This document shows positions 1 through 13,400 of a DNA stretch of 64,000 bases, piece by piece; positions within the stretch are counted from its first letter, which is position 1, and each line of letters opens with the position of its first letter. The notes under the pieces were generated by a model that saw nothing but the letters and a program-made list of their open reading frames with translations, did no database searches and was not told the DNA's origin. Location: positions 91,452,001 to 91,516,000 of the forward strand of contig NC_045697.1 of NCBI RefSeq assembly GCF_009834535.1. The letters run 5' to 3'. The position numbers were made by a program, and so were the translations under genes. Origin of the DNA: Camelus ferus (taxonomy: Eukaryota).

Positions 1-1221
1 AGGGTAAGAAAAATAGAATTTATGGTCTTCCTATCTTCTCCTTTGTGTCCCTCCTCTGTAGAAAACTACTCACTCCAGTAAAGGATTGCTATAAACTGTC
101 TATTTCCTAATTTTACATTCTTATGAGGGGTATTTAGACCACAAAGATATGGAGAGGCTTTGGCTCCTTTCAGTTGATCTATGGAGGATCACACTCTCTT
201 TCAAGGGGGAGAAAAGCAGGAAAGTGTAGTACTAGGTTCTCATGTTGTCAGAGAAGGAATCAGCTACAAAGCAGCCATTTATCTGACAGCCCTCCTCCAC
301 AAAATAGAATTACAGCTAACTATTTAAGAGAATCTGTCCCTTATTTACCAATGATTCTTCTCTTCCACTAGATGCAGATTTGGCAAAAGGGAGCATTTTT
401 GGTAGATAAGATTTCTGCCATCTTTTTGCTTTCCAAGAAACTTCAGTTACTATCCTGAACTGTTAAAGATAGATCAAATGGAGTACCAAGTAGGGGAAAT
501 TCATTCATTCCTCTCTTCCCCACTATAAAAATGCAAAGCCCAAAACATAAGTATATTGTAAAATAATGGAAAATACAAAAAGTTAAAAAGACAAATATAA
601 GGTTTCTGTAATCTACAACGCAGAGATAACTACCTCTAACTTCTACATAATTTCTGTTTATAAATTTTTAAATTGAGATTAGTGTATGTAGGATTACAAC
701 ATATAAATATATATGCACATTTTTTCTTTTTTTTAAAACTTACGACTTAACAATATAAATGCATTATAAATTGTTTGGAAACATTGTTTTTAATGATGAC
801 TCAATATAGCATTTTATAGATGTGCCATAATTTAACTGTTTATTTCTAGATGGATTGTTTCTAATTTGTTAATATAACTAATGCTGCAATGAATTTCTTT
901 AATTATGAGACACTAATTATTTTATGACTAAATGTTAGACTCTAAATGTATACCATTTTATACTTGCAGCTGCACATTCACTCACACTGATAACACTGTA
1001 GTTAACAGTGAGTTAAACTTTTAAAAAGTTTATTAGTAATTTTTCTTAGCTTGTGAGTTCTGTTCATGCATCATACACGTTGTCCTCCCAGGTTGCAAAT
1101 ATTTTTAAGAGCTCCTCATGATCTTTGTCTTTTGTCATATTTATTAAAACTACATCTTCCAGTTATTTCTTTTTAAGATATTTTAAAAAGTGTTTTAAAT
1201 GTTTACAAACCTTATATATTT

Positions 1222-1368
1222 GGGGGAGGGTATAGCTCTAGTAGTAGAGCACTTGCTTAGCACACATGAGGTCCTGGGTTCAGTCCCCAGTACATCCTCT
1301 AAAAATAAACAAACAAACCTAATTACCTCCCCCCTAAAAATAAAATAAATAAAATAAATTTAAAAAAA
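1222..1368 (+). mobile_element. tRNA-derived SINE (camelid Vic-1-like)
   Basis: GGGGGAGGGTATAGCTC..A box, GGTTCAGTCCC B box, AAACCTAATTACCTCCCC tail, A-rich end; TSD-like aaaccttatatatt/aaactcttacatatt. Confidence 0.88.
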
Positions 1369-1589
1369 CTCTTACATATTCAAATCTATCAACATATTTA
1401 TTCTTTTGTAATTTCTTCCATTTTTGGTTTTGCTGAAAAAGTTCTTTCCCATCTGTCAGTTAAATATTCACCTTCATTCCCTATTAATGTTTTATAGTAT
1501 CTTTAATAGTTTTAAGTTATTAATCCATATGAAATTTATAATATGAAATTTAAAATATAAGATGAAGGTTTAACTTTTTTTTTTCACCA

Positions 1590-2970
1590 AAATACACTTT
1601 TTAAAAATTCTGGAAATGCTTCAAAATGGGAACTTTGAAGCATACACAAAATAGAAAGACTATCACAGTGAGTCCCTATATGCTTATCATCCAGCTTCCA
1701 TAATCCACAACAAACTCACAGCCACTCTTATTTTACTTATAATCCTACCCACTTTCCTCTGCCATGATTTCTCTCTCTTACAATGAAGTACATAAACCTT
1801 AAGGGAACAACTCAATTTTCACATGTGTAAAAACACCAGAGTCACCATCCAGATTTAGGACTCTCAGGAGGCTTCCTCATGTGCCCTTATGTCAATATTC
1901 ACCCACCTAAAATGTTACCGCTATTCTGATCCCATCCTATTCTTCACTTTCATATAATGAAATTAAGGGACTATAATTTTTTTGTCTGGCTTCTTTGTCC
2001 AACATTATGTCTGAGACTCATCGACCATTGTTTATAGACATAGCTCATTCTTTCTCGTTGCTGCATCTGTTCTGTTGTATGAACATACTACAATGTATTT
2101 GTATCATCTCAAGTTGATGGACATTTGAGTTGTTTCCAGTATTCTGATATGATTAAAACTTCTATGAATATTTTTGTGCACATTTTGATAAACATAAGCA
2201 CTAATATCTGTTGGGTATGTAGCCAGTTTTATTATTATATTTGGCATAGTATTTATGTATGTCCAACTTTGAAAGATACTGCCAAATGGTGGTTGTACCA
2301 ATTTATATTCCCCAAAATAACATATGAAAGTAACATCTATGTCAACACTTGATATTGTCAGCTTTAAAAATTTTAGCCATTCTGGAAGGTATGCAGTAGT
2401 ACCTCATTGTAGTTTTAATTATATTTCCCTGATAAATAATTAAGTTGAACATTTTTTCATATATTCTCTTTTATAACATGCCTATTTAATTCTTTTGCCC
2501 ATTTTTGGAAATGGGGTGTCTGTTTTTTCCTTAATAATTATTTCATTATTGGTAAACATTTTTATATTGTGAATATGAGTCCCCTTCTTTTGGTTATATA
2601 TCTTATAAATATTTTTTCCCACTTCTCACTCTTTTAATGGTGTCCCTCTAAATCACTTAAAAATCTTAATTTTAATGAAATCCAATTCATCTATCTTTTC
2701 AATATGATTAGTGCTCTTTTTGTTGTGTTTAAAAAATATGGACCCAACTGAGGTAGCATCATCTACTGTAACAATTCTTTCCCTATTGAACTTCAGTGAT
2801 GCCTTTGTATAAACGAGGTGATTATGAAAAAAGGTTTTGTTCCTGAATTCTATTTTGTCCTATTGATCACACTGATTATTCTTATGTCAATTACACACTG
2901 TCTTAATTACCACAGCTTTATATATAAAGTCTTGGTATCTGGTAATGTGACTCTTCCCCTTTGTTTTTAA
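1590..2970 (-). mobile_element. Old L1 (L1ME/L1MB-like) 3' region
   Basis: Degenerate L1 3' UTR/ORF2-end motifs (GTTGATGGACATTTGAGTTGTTTCCAG; TTTAGCCATTCTGG..TAGTACCTCATTGTAGTTTTAATT). Confidence 0.7.
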
Positions 2971-3898
2971 AAGATTTCTCACAGCCTAAAGCATAAACTA
3001 CAAACTTCTTTGTATGACATGTTAGGGTCTCTTGTTCAGAGTTTAAGCTTTTATAAATAACTACAGTGTTGGACACTTGTAATAGGAGGTGTTAAATAAA
3101 TACATGCTAATATGAACTGGGTTGGAATGTGACTTCTTAGGAGTCCTCAAAGGAACAAAAAACAAAGTGAAACAGTAATGCTACTGCTTCACATCCTTCC
3201 TATGAAACTGGAAGATATAAATCTTTATCGTAAAGAGTTATTAATGCCACTTTTTACAAAAGTCACACGGAATAGGGTAAGGCAAGCAACATGCTGATGG
3301 TGGTACCTGTGCTTCTTGAAACTCCCTCAAATAGGTTATCACGTTCCTACTGTCAAACCATGTAAGCATTAGAGTAAAGAAGAGGGGGAAAGGAGAGAGA
3401 AAATAAAAGGAAATTTTTTTCTAGAGGAGACTTTTGTCCCTTGCGTTCTTCCTGGCATGGAATTTTAGACTACCTATGAATGGTTTTCAGAGCACACTGA
3501 TGTACCATCCTCTGTACAGCTAGTTTTAAGAGCTCTATTTTCAAGAGGCTATCTAAAGAGAGAGAAGAGAGGATGGCAGTCTGTAAAGTTGTCTAATCTA
3601 TCGTCTTGCTAGCACTGCTTAAATTGCTTTGGCAGAAATATCAGTGCATTTCATGGTTGGAAAAGGATTTTTTTGTGTGTGGATAGTGAAAGCAATCATT
3701 TTCAAGTATGCTTGCCAAGTTCTACAATACAGAAAAGACTGGTTAATGCTCTGCAATATGATTTAGTGCTATCTGATGAGAAGGCAAAAACAAAAAACGA
3801 AACAAAAAAAAACTTAAAAATGTTTTACTAGGTCTCTCTAAATATTCTATTTTGATTTTCAGAAGTACACATTTAATTCTAACTAGTCTTGAAAATAC

Positions 3899-4091
3899 CT
3901 TTAATTTGGCTTTTTTCTGAGCCTCGAGAGCAGTCTTTCTTAAATCCTCTGTCTGTTTCTGTAACTGTTCATTTTCTTGCTGAAGTTTCAGCCTTTGTTC
4001 ATTGACAAATCCACAGTTTTCTCTCTCAGACTCCAGTACATTTTGAAGTTTCTGAATCATTTCTTGGCAACGTGATATCTCTTCTGAGGAA
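3899..4091 (-). CDS. SCLT1: SCLT1 exon 17 (193 nt)
   Basis: tttaatcag|T TCC TCA...TTA AAG|gtattt; SSEEISRCQEMIQKLQNVLESERENCGFVNEQRLKLQQENEQLQKQTEDLRKTALEAQKKAKLK. Confidence 0.96.
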
Positions 4092-4705
4092 CTGATTAAA
4101 AAAACAAAACAAAAAGAACCTTTAAACTTAATGATCTGTAGTAAATGTCAAGAAAATCTGCCTATATTTTATACTATAGACTTGTTTTCTTTGTTCTAAG
4201 CCATTTCTCTTCACTGTGGACTTAAGACTATGTGGTTTCACAATGTTATGTTACACCAGGCAAATATGATTAATTAGCAATCTTAACTAAGAATAGTTCA
4301 GTTGAACTTTTATCACTCACCTAGAAAATCAGTGTGAAACTTCTTTCAAAGTTTTACTACCATTGAGAATCACTGTGTAAAGAGGACTTCAATGGGACAA
4401 ACTAAAGCTAATGGTAAGAAAGTGAAGTAAGTATTAATCAAAACTCCTTTCATCATCAATCAGCTCTGTAGGAAGACACATTAGCTGACTATATTAAATT
4501 ATGAATTATAATAAGACCTATTTCATATTTTCCTGTTACATATCTTAGAAATGGTTTTTATAAACTTCTAGTTCCATAAACTTCTTGTTTTATCATACTT
4601 TAAATAGGTACATTTCTTGACCTTTCTCAACAATGGACTACTGGGGGACACAACCTCCAAACTTGTTTACTGCTTCAATATGCTGCTAATTTTTATTCCT
4701 ATCTT

Positions 4706-4875
4706 CTATTTTTTTAAATTTTTATTTATTTTTAATTTTATTTATTTTAAAAATTTTGTTGGGAGGGAGGTAATTAGGTTTATTTATTTATTTTTTAATG
4801 GAGGTACTGGGGATTGAACCCAAGACCTTGTGCATGCTAGTCATTCACTCTACTACTGAGCTATATCCTCCCCAC
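4706..4875 (-). mobile_element. tRNA-derived SINE (Vic-1-like)
   Basis: Reverse copy of the same family; perfect TSD attcctatctt at 4695-4705 and 4876-4886. Confidence 0.9.
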
Positions 4876-5400
4876 ATTCCTATCTTTTAAAATTTCTATC
4901 TTTTCAATCCCACATAATTAAGTAACTGTAAACATTCCCTCATTGACAGCTATCACAGGGAATATACAAGGTCCTTTATTCCCATAATACTTGTAGCCCT
5001 TTTTTTCCTGTCTCAAGTTCCTAATGAAATGATAGATCTAGGCAATGATCCTCAAAGTATGCTAAAGTCATAAAGACGCTAAGATCAAAAATAATAACAC
5101 ATTATGTGCCTCCAAACAGAAATTCAAAATACCACCATCTCTGAAGAATTCTTACAAAAAAAGTGAAAGCTGAATCAGATCAAGCATCTCAATTTAGTTA
5201 TTAGTTTTTAGGAACTACGTGGGACAGAAAAACTACGTAAATGACACCACATATACGCATGTAGGTAGAGGAAACTCTACTAACAACTCAGTTTTTCAAC
5301 AAACTATTTGTAAGGAAAAAACAGAGAAAAGAGGGATTCCTGGAGAATATATACATATCTCCATCTCCATACACGTGCACACACACACCCTCTTTTCTTT

Positions 5401-6970
5401 ATCTGTTTTTCTGTAGATGATACATTTTACTTTTTCTCCTTGTCTAATTTCTGTAAGACATACAGTACGATGTTGAATAAAAGTGGCAAGAGTGGGCACC
5501 CCTGTCTTGTTTATGATTTTAGAGCAAAAGTTTTTAGCTTTTCACCACTAAGTATGACATTAGTTGTGAGTTTGTTACATATGACCTTTACTACGTTGAG
5601 GTACATTTCTTCTACATCTAATTGAGGTTTTTTTTTAAATCATGAATTTGTATTTTGTGAAATGCTTTTTCTACATCTATTGAAATGATCACATGAATTT
5701 TATCCTTCATTCTTTAGTGTGTTATATCACATTTACTAATCTGCATATGTCAAACCATCCTTGCATCCCTAGTATTAATCCCACTTGGTCATGGTGTATG
5801 ATCCTTTTAATGCATTCTTGAATTTGGTTTGCTAGTTTTTATTTGTTTTTTAGGATTTTTACACTTATCTTCATCAGGGATATTAGCCTATAGTTTTATT
5901 TTCTTATAGTGTCTTCTTGCTTTGGTATCAGACTAATGCTGGCCTTGTAAAATGAGTTGGAAATGTTCTTTCCTATTCCATTTTATGAAAGAGTTTAAGA
6001 ATGATTAGCATTAAATCTTCTTTAAATATGTGGTACAGTTCATCAGTGAAGTCATCTGGTTCTGAACTTTCCAAAAATCCTAGGTTTTTGACTACTGATT
6101 CAATATCCTTAATATAATTGGTCTGTTCAAATTTTCTATTTCAGATTTACTTTTGTAAGGTTGTATGTTTCTAGGAATTTATCCATTTCTTCAAGGTTGT
6201 CCAATTTGTTGTGGCTTATCATTATTCATAGTAGTATCCTATGGTCCTTTGTATTTGTGTGGTATCACCGGTATATCTCCTCTCTTATTTCTGATTTATT
6301 GAGTCTTCTTTTATTCTTAGTCTAGTTAAAGGGTTGTCAATTTTGTTTACTTTTTCAAAAGACCAAGTCTTAGTTTGACCTTTTCTATTTTTAAAAAATT
6401 CTCTACTTATTTCTGCTCTAATCTTTGGTATTTCCTTCCTTCTCCTAACTTTAGGCTTAGGTTTTTCTTCCTTTTCTAGTTTCTTGAGGTATAAAGTTGG
6501 GTTGTTTATTTGAGATCTTTCTTTTCTTAATGTAGGCATTTATAACTATAAACTCTCTTCTAAGAACTGATTTTGCTGAATCCCATAAATTTGGTGTATT
6601 TTGTTTCTATTTTTGTTTGTCTCAACTTTTGATTTCCCTTTTGATTACTTCTTTGAATCACTAAGAGTACCTACAAGGGTCCCTTGGGAAGGGGCTAGGT
6701 GCAGGACTGGGCATGCAGGCTTAGAGCCAGGTCCACAGAGAGATGGGGCTGCTTTGGGTTCATACATGGGACCACAGCTGGGGAGACTGCCACTGGTGCA
6801 CAGGCTTGCCTCCTCATTTTGGGGCTCCACTGGGGTTTTGCAACCACCTACTTAGACCCCAAAGCTCCCACAAAGACACTTTGTCCATGGATGGCTGTCA
6901 AATATTTGTTTCTGCAGAGGGATATGGGCTGGGGACTTCCTATTCTGCCATATTGCTGATATCACTCCTC
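5401..6970 (-). mobile_element. L1: ~310-bp 5' UTR start (6660-6970) joined to ORF2 linker/RT fragment (5401-6660)
   Basis: ORF2-like peptides (RSQINNPTLYLKKLEKEEKPKPKVRRRKEIPKIRAEI); 5' start GAGGAGTGATATCAGCAATATGGCAGAATAGGAAG resembles the L1 5' terminus with a decayed YY1 motif. Confidence 0.8.
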
Positions 6971-7493
6971 TTTATTTTTAAGTATCTATTAAACATATTT
7001 TATAACAGAGATCGAGACTTCATACAACTTAAAATAAGCAAGATTTACTATACTAAGTAATAATCTGGGGGGGAAGGTACAGAAATATTCAGTGTGGATA
7101 TGACAGATTATAAGTTTATCATTTTAACAAATAATGAAATACATAAACATGATGGATTATTTTTGACTACTCAATACCTCAAGAAATATAAATACAAACT
7201 GAGTATAAAAGCAATAATTATAAGCGAGCTCCTTAATAGCTGTACAGTTACCATGAAAAAAAAAGATCTCATGAACATTCTATTTAACTGCCAGAAACAA
7301 GAAATTTCAAATAAAATGGTACAGTACTGTTAAATCATTTCTTCCTGAAGAAATTAGTTTTCAAAAATAATCTTGAAAAAAATTGTTTGGCCGAAACAGT
7401 CTTTTTTTCAACATAATATATAATTATGAGTTGTATAAAAATAAAACCTGTCCAAAATTGTTTGAATTTTGAAAATCCAAAAGAGTAACTTAC

Positions 7494-7639
7494 TTCATTT
7501 CAAGTTGTTTGATTTTATTTTCTGCGGTCTTAAGTCTTAGCTGAAGATCATCTTTTGAACACTCTGCAACCAGGCATCTTTGGTGCATTTCTTCCAGTTT
7601 TCTGTAATCACTTTCATTTATTCTGCCTTCATGGTAAAT
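7494..7639 (-). CDS. SCLT1: SCLT1 exon 16 (146 nt)
   Basis: ttctgcag|ATT TAC CAT...ATG AA|gtaagt; IYHEGRINESDYRKLEEMHQRCLVAECSKDDLQLRLKTAENKIKQLEM(N). Confidence 0.96.
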
Positions 7640-8044
7640 CTGCAGAAGAGGCTTATATGTATACTACCTTACAGAAGGAAATTGTCTTAAGAAATTACAC
7701 AGTTTAGAAACTGAAATAAATGATGAGAAATAAAAATCCATGATCATGTGTTCATCTGTTCCCACTGTAACATTAAAACATATCAATAATTAATTTTGGT
7801 TACTTCACATTTACAAAATAAGATGATGAAAAATAACATAAAATAATTACTTATTTTTGAAATTATTCATGCTCATTGTAAGCTTTTTAAACAGTTTTAA
7901 TGTTTTAGAAAGAGATGTAAAATAGCTGAAGTTAAAAAAAAAACACTCTTAAGTGTCACCATTTAGAGACAAATGCTTTGATTCTTTAATGAATACCTTC
8001 AAGATAATTCTGTATTGCAATATTCAACAGTACAGATACACTGC

Positions 8045-8692
8045 TGTGATGCAATGAGAAGAACTATCTGCAAGTGACTCCAGAATCTCACTCTATGTTA
8101 ACTAGAAGATGATCTAGCTGAAATGGTTTCCCTTTCCCTAGCAGAAGTGGTTACACCCATGTTCTGCTTCCTGTGAGACTGGGCTTCCACTTACAACAAA
8201 GGCTGTAACATCCCATGATTCACAAGGTCTCTAGGTGCTAGGCAGCTCACATTTTCAGCAAAACCCTACACACAGGAACCCTCTAAATCCAAACTGCCTG
8301 GCCAAGTAACCTGTGTCTTCTCCCACTGACAAGACTGCTTTGTCACTCCTGCTCTACAAAAAGACAGAATATTGGCATACCAGTGTCCTGCTACTAAAAT
8401 ATAGACCTATACTGCAGTCTCAGCAGTACTTTGACTGTAGCATGCCTTGTCTGTGGAACCATGGGAGAAGAAAAAGCTGTGACTTCTCTTTACCTGTTGC
8501 CTTTAGCCTTGTGGGTTTTATATTTCCCCAATAAAGCCTATTCCTTAACCTATACCATGTGATATTAAAAAAAAAATTCACTCAAACACCGAGGTATGTC
8601 AGGTTACAATCTAAATACGACCTGTTCCTACTCCGTAACAGATCGAAACTCAGAAGAGATCAACTTTGCAGGACAGTGGTGACCATGAAGGG
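8045..8692 (+). mobile_element. ERV LTR (MER54/MER74-like, tentative) with adjacent tRNA-Arg primer-binding site
   Basis: TG start, AATAAA at ~8530, CA end at 8675, then TGGTGACCATGAAGGG (8677-8692). Confidence 0.65.
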
Positions 8693-9525
8693 TCTAACTT
8701 GAACATGATGTGTATTTTTCTTTTTCTTTTTACACAAATGGGACTATACACTATATTATGCTTTGTAAATTACTTTTTTACAATCTGATGTTGTCATAGA
8801 TACATCAAAGGTTTTTTATGCTACATAGCTCTTCTTTGAAAGTCAAACTCTGACTCTACCATTTACTATTTTTTAACATTGGGGAAGTTACTTAACCTCT
8901 CTATGAAAGTTACTAATGCAGCATCTCAAACACAGTATGTGCTGAATTAAATTTAGCCTTTCCCCCACCCCAAGGCATTTTAAAAGACTGGGATATTTAC
9001 TGCTAATAAAAAAAAGTCATTTAAATAAGAAATATATTTTAAACTTTAAATTTAGACTTCTCACAATATTCTTTCTCAAATGTCACTGGGGTAAATATTT
9101 TTCCTAACTACAAATAAAAATCTGTACTTTAAAGGTTAAAATTATAGCAGTATTATAATTTTTTGGATATACACACATGTTATAGTTATAGATGGCCTAA
9201 ACCCAGTAAGAGTTGGCAGAGAATTTAAAAAGATAAGAAAGACAAAATGAGGATAAGCTCTAAGCAAGAAATATAGCTACTCTGTCAAATTTATACTTTT
9301 AAGTAAAAAGTTACAAATAATGTGGCCATTCTTGTAAAGAAATGAATATAGGCAATACCAGTATTTAAATGCAGATTCTGAATATTTTTCAAGCAAATAA
9401 AAGCACTCACCAAGAGAATACTTATAATAAAGGGGTTGCTAGTAGACAGTATAATGAAAGCAGAAAATTATATTGAATATTTGCAGTTGGGTTTTAGGTA
9501 GTTATTTTTTCTGTTTTCTCTTTAC

Positions 9526-9600
9526 CTTTTCTAGTTCTTCTTCCACTGATTTTTTCTCCCTAATGGCTTGATCAATTTGGTCTTGTTTTTCAGCACACTC
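9526..9600 (-). CDS. SCLT1: SCLT1 exon 15 (75 nt)
   Basis: atttatag|GAG TGT GCT...GAA AAG|gtaaag; ECAEKQDQIDQAIREKKSVEEELEK. Confidence 0.95.
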
Positions 9601-10629
9601 CTATAAATTCAAATCATATTGTAAATAAATATATCTGTAAAACCTTAAGAAAAATGAGGAAAATGGAAAAGTAAAATGATTTGTTTATAACAGGAATACC
9701 ACACTTTATACACATTGTATACAGCAGGACCATATCGATTATATATATTTAAAAAAAAAAAAAAAAAAGCCCTCAACCTTTAAAGAGTTACCTATCTCAG
9801 GATTTCAGAAATCACCTCCAGGACAGAATGTCAAGGAGTTCTAATTGAACATATTATGTAGATAATAGAGATTGAGGGATTCCAGGGGAAAAAATAAATA
9901 AATGAGACCCCCTTCTCATATTACAGTGTTCCTTTTCATATTCTCTTATCACATATTTTAAAAGACAACAGAACAGGTCAGTGGCACACCACCATAGGAT
10001 AACCTATGGCCTAAAAGGCGTATGGGTATATAAATTCTAGAATAGCTAATTTTCTGTTGCAAAACTTATAAACAGCCAATGGACATAAAACATTTCTGGC
10101 TCAAAAGGGCTTTATCAGTAAAATCAAGCAAGCATATTAGTTAGTCAATAAAATGCAAAATTTGCAAATGAGACGAAAACTAAAAACAATCATCATAATG
10201 ACTAGTTCTTCACAGTTGTTATTTGCTATTTATTTTTGAGAATGGATGTGGTTATTTTCTACTGATTGTAAATTATGCTTTGGATGAATCTGCTTTGCTA
10301 ACAGTATATTGCCAATTAATATTCAATTACTTTTATCATAACTTTATTTTACAGAAGTACTATGTATCAATGTTTTTAATGTTTAAAATAAATTTCTAAA
10401 TTGTGACCAAAAATTAACTCTGATTATAATGAAGATCTTTAGCCCTATGTTATAAATTAGAGGGTTAATCTAAGTTTATCTTTTATTAAGATAGAACTGT
10501 CAGTGTATAAGAAATGCAAATTTAATGTTCCATATATTCATATAAATCACTAATCTATGAAAAGGCACTTTATGGTATGAAATTTGCGATTTCTCTTATA
10601 TTCATAAGTCATTTTGTGTGATTTTCTTC

Positions 10630-12820
10630 TTAACAGACTATTTTTAGAGTAGTTTTACATTCACAGCAACATTGAGGGGAAGTCTCCGATTTCCCCTGTA
10701 TTTCCAGACCCTGTACATGCATAGCCTCCCCCATTATCCACATTCTGCAATGTAGTGGTATATTTGTTAAAACTGATGTAAGTACATCTCACAATATTAT
10801 CACCTAGAGTCCAGAGTTTACATTAGAGTTCACTCTTGGTGTTGTACACTTTATGGGTCTGGAGAAATTTATAATGACAGAACAGTTTCATGGTCCTAAA
10901 AATCCTCTGTGCTTTGCCTATGCCCCTATTCATCTCTCTTCCTCCTCAACCCCTTTTTGTAATTCTGAAAAAGGCTGCTATAAACATCCATCAGCAGGTT
11001 TTCACGTGAACATAAGTTTCAACTCCTTTGGCTAAATACAAAAGAATGCAGCTGTTGGATCCTATGGTAAGAGTATATTTAGTTTTCTAAGAAACCACCA
11101 AATTGCTTTCAAAGGTGGCTGTATCATTTTGCATTCCCATTAGCAGCAACTGAGAGTTCTACTGCTCCATTTCTCTGTCAGCATTTGATGGTGTCAGTGT
11201 TCCAGATTCTGGCCATTCTAATAAGTGTATCTGGCACTTACTTGGTGTAATGAGTGGTATCTCATTATAGCTTGATTTTATTTTTTAATTTTAAAAGGTT
11301 TTAAAGTTTTTAATTTTTTATTTCTTTTACTGAAGTATAGTTGATTTACAATCATTATTGTTTTAATTTGCATTTTGACATATGATTTGGAAGTATTTTT
11401 CATATGCTTATTTGTCATCTGTAAACCTTCTTTGGTGAGGTGACTATTAAGGTCTTTGGCCAATTTTTTAATCAAGTTGTTTGTTTTCTTACTGTTGAGT
11501 TTTAAGAGTTCTTTGAATTATTTTGGGTAACAGCCCTTTATCAGATATGCCTTTTGTAAATATTTTCTCCCAATCCATGATTTGAATTTTCATTTTCTTG
11601 ATAGTGTCTTTCACAGAGAAGAAGATTTTAATTTCAGTGAAGTCCAACTTACCAGCTGTTTCTTTCATGGATCATAGCTTTGGTGTTGTATCTAAAAACT
11701 CATTGCCAAACCCAAGATTATCTAGATTTTCTCCTATGCTATCTTAGATGAGTTTTACAGTTTTGTGTTTTGCATTTTTGTCAGTGAACCATTTTGGATT
11801 AATTTTTGTGTAAGGTCTGTGTCTAGATTCATTATTCTACATGTGGATGTCTAATTGTTCTAGTACCATTTGTTTAAAAGACTATCTTTGCTCCATTGTA
11901 TTGCCTTTGCTTCTTTGTAAAAGATCAGCTGACTGTATTTATGTGAGTTTATTTCTGGGTTCTATATTCTGTTCCTTTGATCTATTTGTCTATTCTTTCA
12001 CCAATATCACTTTGTCTTGACTACTGAAGGTTTAGAGTAACTCTTGAAGTCTGGTACAGTGTCAATCCTCTGACTTTGTTCCTCTTCTTCAATATTGAGT
12101 TGGCTATTCTGGGTCTTTTGCCTCTCCATAGAAACTTTAGAATCAGATTGCCAAAATACACAATATAACTTGCAGTGATTTTGACTGGAATTGTAAAAAA
12201 TCTATACATCAAGTTGGGAAGAAATGACATACGGAAAATATTGTATCTTCCTGTCCATGAACATGTACTTCATTCATTTTTTCAGTTCTTCTCTGATATC
12301 TTTCAGTAGAGTTTTGTAGTTTTCCTCATATAGATTTTATATATTTGGTTATATTTACATTTATTTAATTTTGGGGGTGATAATGTAATAGTATTAGGTT
12401 TTTATTTCAAATTCTACTTGTTCATTGCTGGTATATAGGAAAGCAATCGACCTGTATATTAATCTTTTATCCTACAACCTTGCTATAATCACTTCTTTGT
12501 TCCAAGTCTCTCCTTTTTTCTTTGGATTTTTTACATGGACAACTATGTTATCTGCAAAGTATACCTTTTATTTCCTTTTGAGGGTGGCAAACTGCATTAA
12601 CTAGTACTTCCAGTATGATGCTGAAAAGTAGTAGTGAGAGGGGACATCCTTGCCTTGTTCCTGATCTTAGTGCGAAAGTTTTCAGTTTCATAACTGTAGG
12701 TTTTTTGTAGCTATTCTTTATCAAACTGAGGAAGTTCCCTTTTGTTCCTAGTATACTGAGAGTTCTTATCATAAATGGGTGCTGGATTCAGTCAAATGCT
12801 TTTTCTGCATTTATTTATAT
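10630..12820 (-). mobile_element. L1 (L1MC/L1MD-like) 3' UTR plus ORF2 fragment
   Basis: ORF2-like ORFs (FALRSGTRQGCPLSLLLFSIILEVL; NLILKFLWRGKRPRIANSILKKRNKVRGLTL). Confidence 0.88.
11276..11351 (-). mobile_element. Extremely 5'-truncated younger L1 tail nested in older L1
   Basis: tactgaagtatagttgatttacaat L1 3' terminus plus T-rich tail; TSD-like tcattatag/tcattattg. Confidence 0.6.
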
Positions 12821-13159
12821 GATTCTCAAAGGATTTTTAATGCAGATATTAATTACAAGGCAGGATCACATTTCTGGTCTGTGAGTAGCATATAAAAGAA
12901 AGGTATGTTATAAATATGTTATGCAACCCTTTTTACCCAGTCCACCATTTAACTGCCAAATGATGATGGCTGAATATTTGTTTAACCCAAGATAATGAAG
13001 TTAAAATGAGACAGAAAAGATGAAATCTTTATGGAGAGATATAAAAATTCTATTAGAAAGGCACTAAATAGTAAAGCTAACATTTAAAATGACTATTAAA
13101 AGGCTTTCACAGATATTTGCTATTAATCACCACCAGTATTCCTACCTTTTGGGCAGATA

Positions 13160-13400
13160 CGACCAAATGCTACTAGACATTTTTTTAAGTACTCATGGAG
13201 TATTTCCAAAATCATACCTCCATAGTGTATCACAAAGGAAGTCTCAACAAATATTAAAATAAATATCACATAGACTGTGGCCTCTACTTAACCAGATTAT
13301 AAATCAGTAATTAAAAGATGTCCACATATCCTTGTATTTAGAAATTTAACATTAGACTTTCAAAAAATTCATGGATCAAAAAAAGATTATAATGAATTTT
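13160..13400 (+). mobile_element. Old L1 ORF2 endonuclease-region fragment
   Basis: …CACAAAGGAAGTCTCAACAAAT…CATGGATCAAAAAAAGATTATAATG resembles the L1 EN/linker region. Confidence 0.5.

Noticed and set aside
1222..1295. tRNA-Ala genes at the SINE heads (also 4800, 14210, 15271, 44288)
   Set aside because: Degenerate stems, SINE tails and TSDs show these are SINE copies.
3743..4060. Stand-alone ORFs overlapping SCLT1 exons (also 18715, 21417, 33144, 57910, 62597)
   Set aside because: These are exons read through into introns; the true boundaries are the splice sites.
6285..12772. Active L1 ORF2 coding regions
   Set aside because: Short, frameshifted, stop-ridden fragments.
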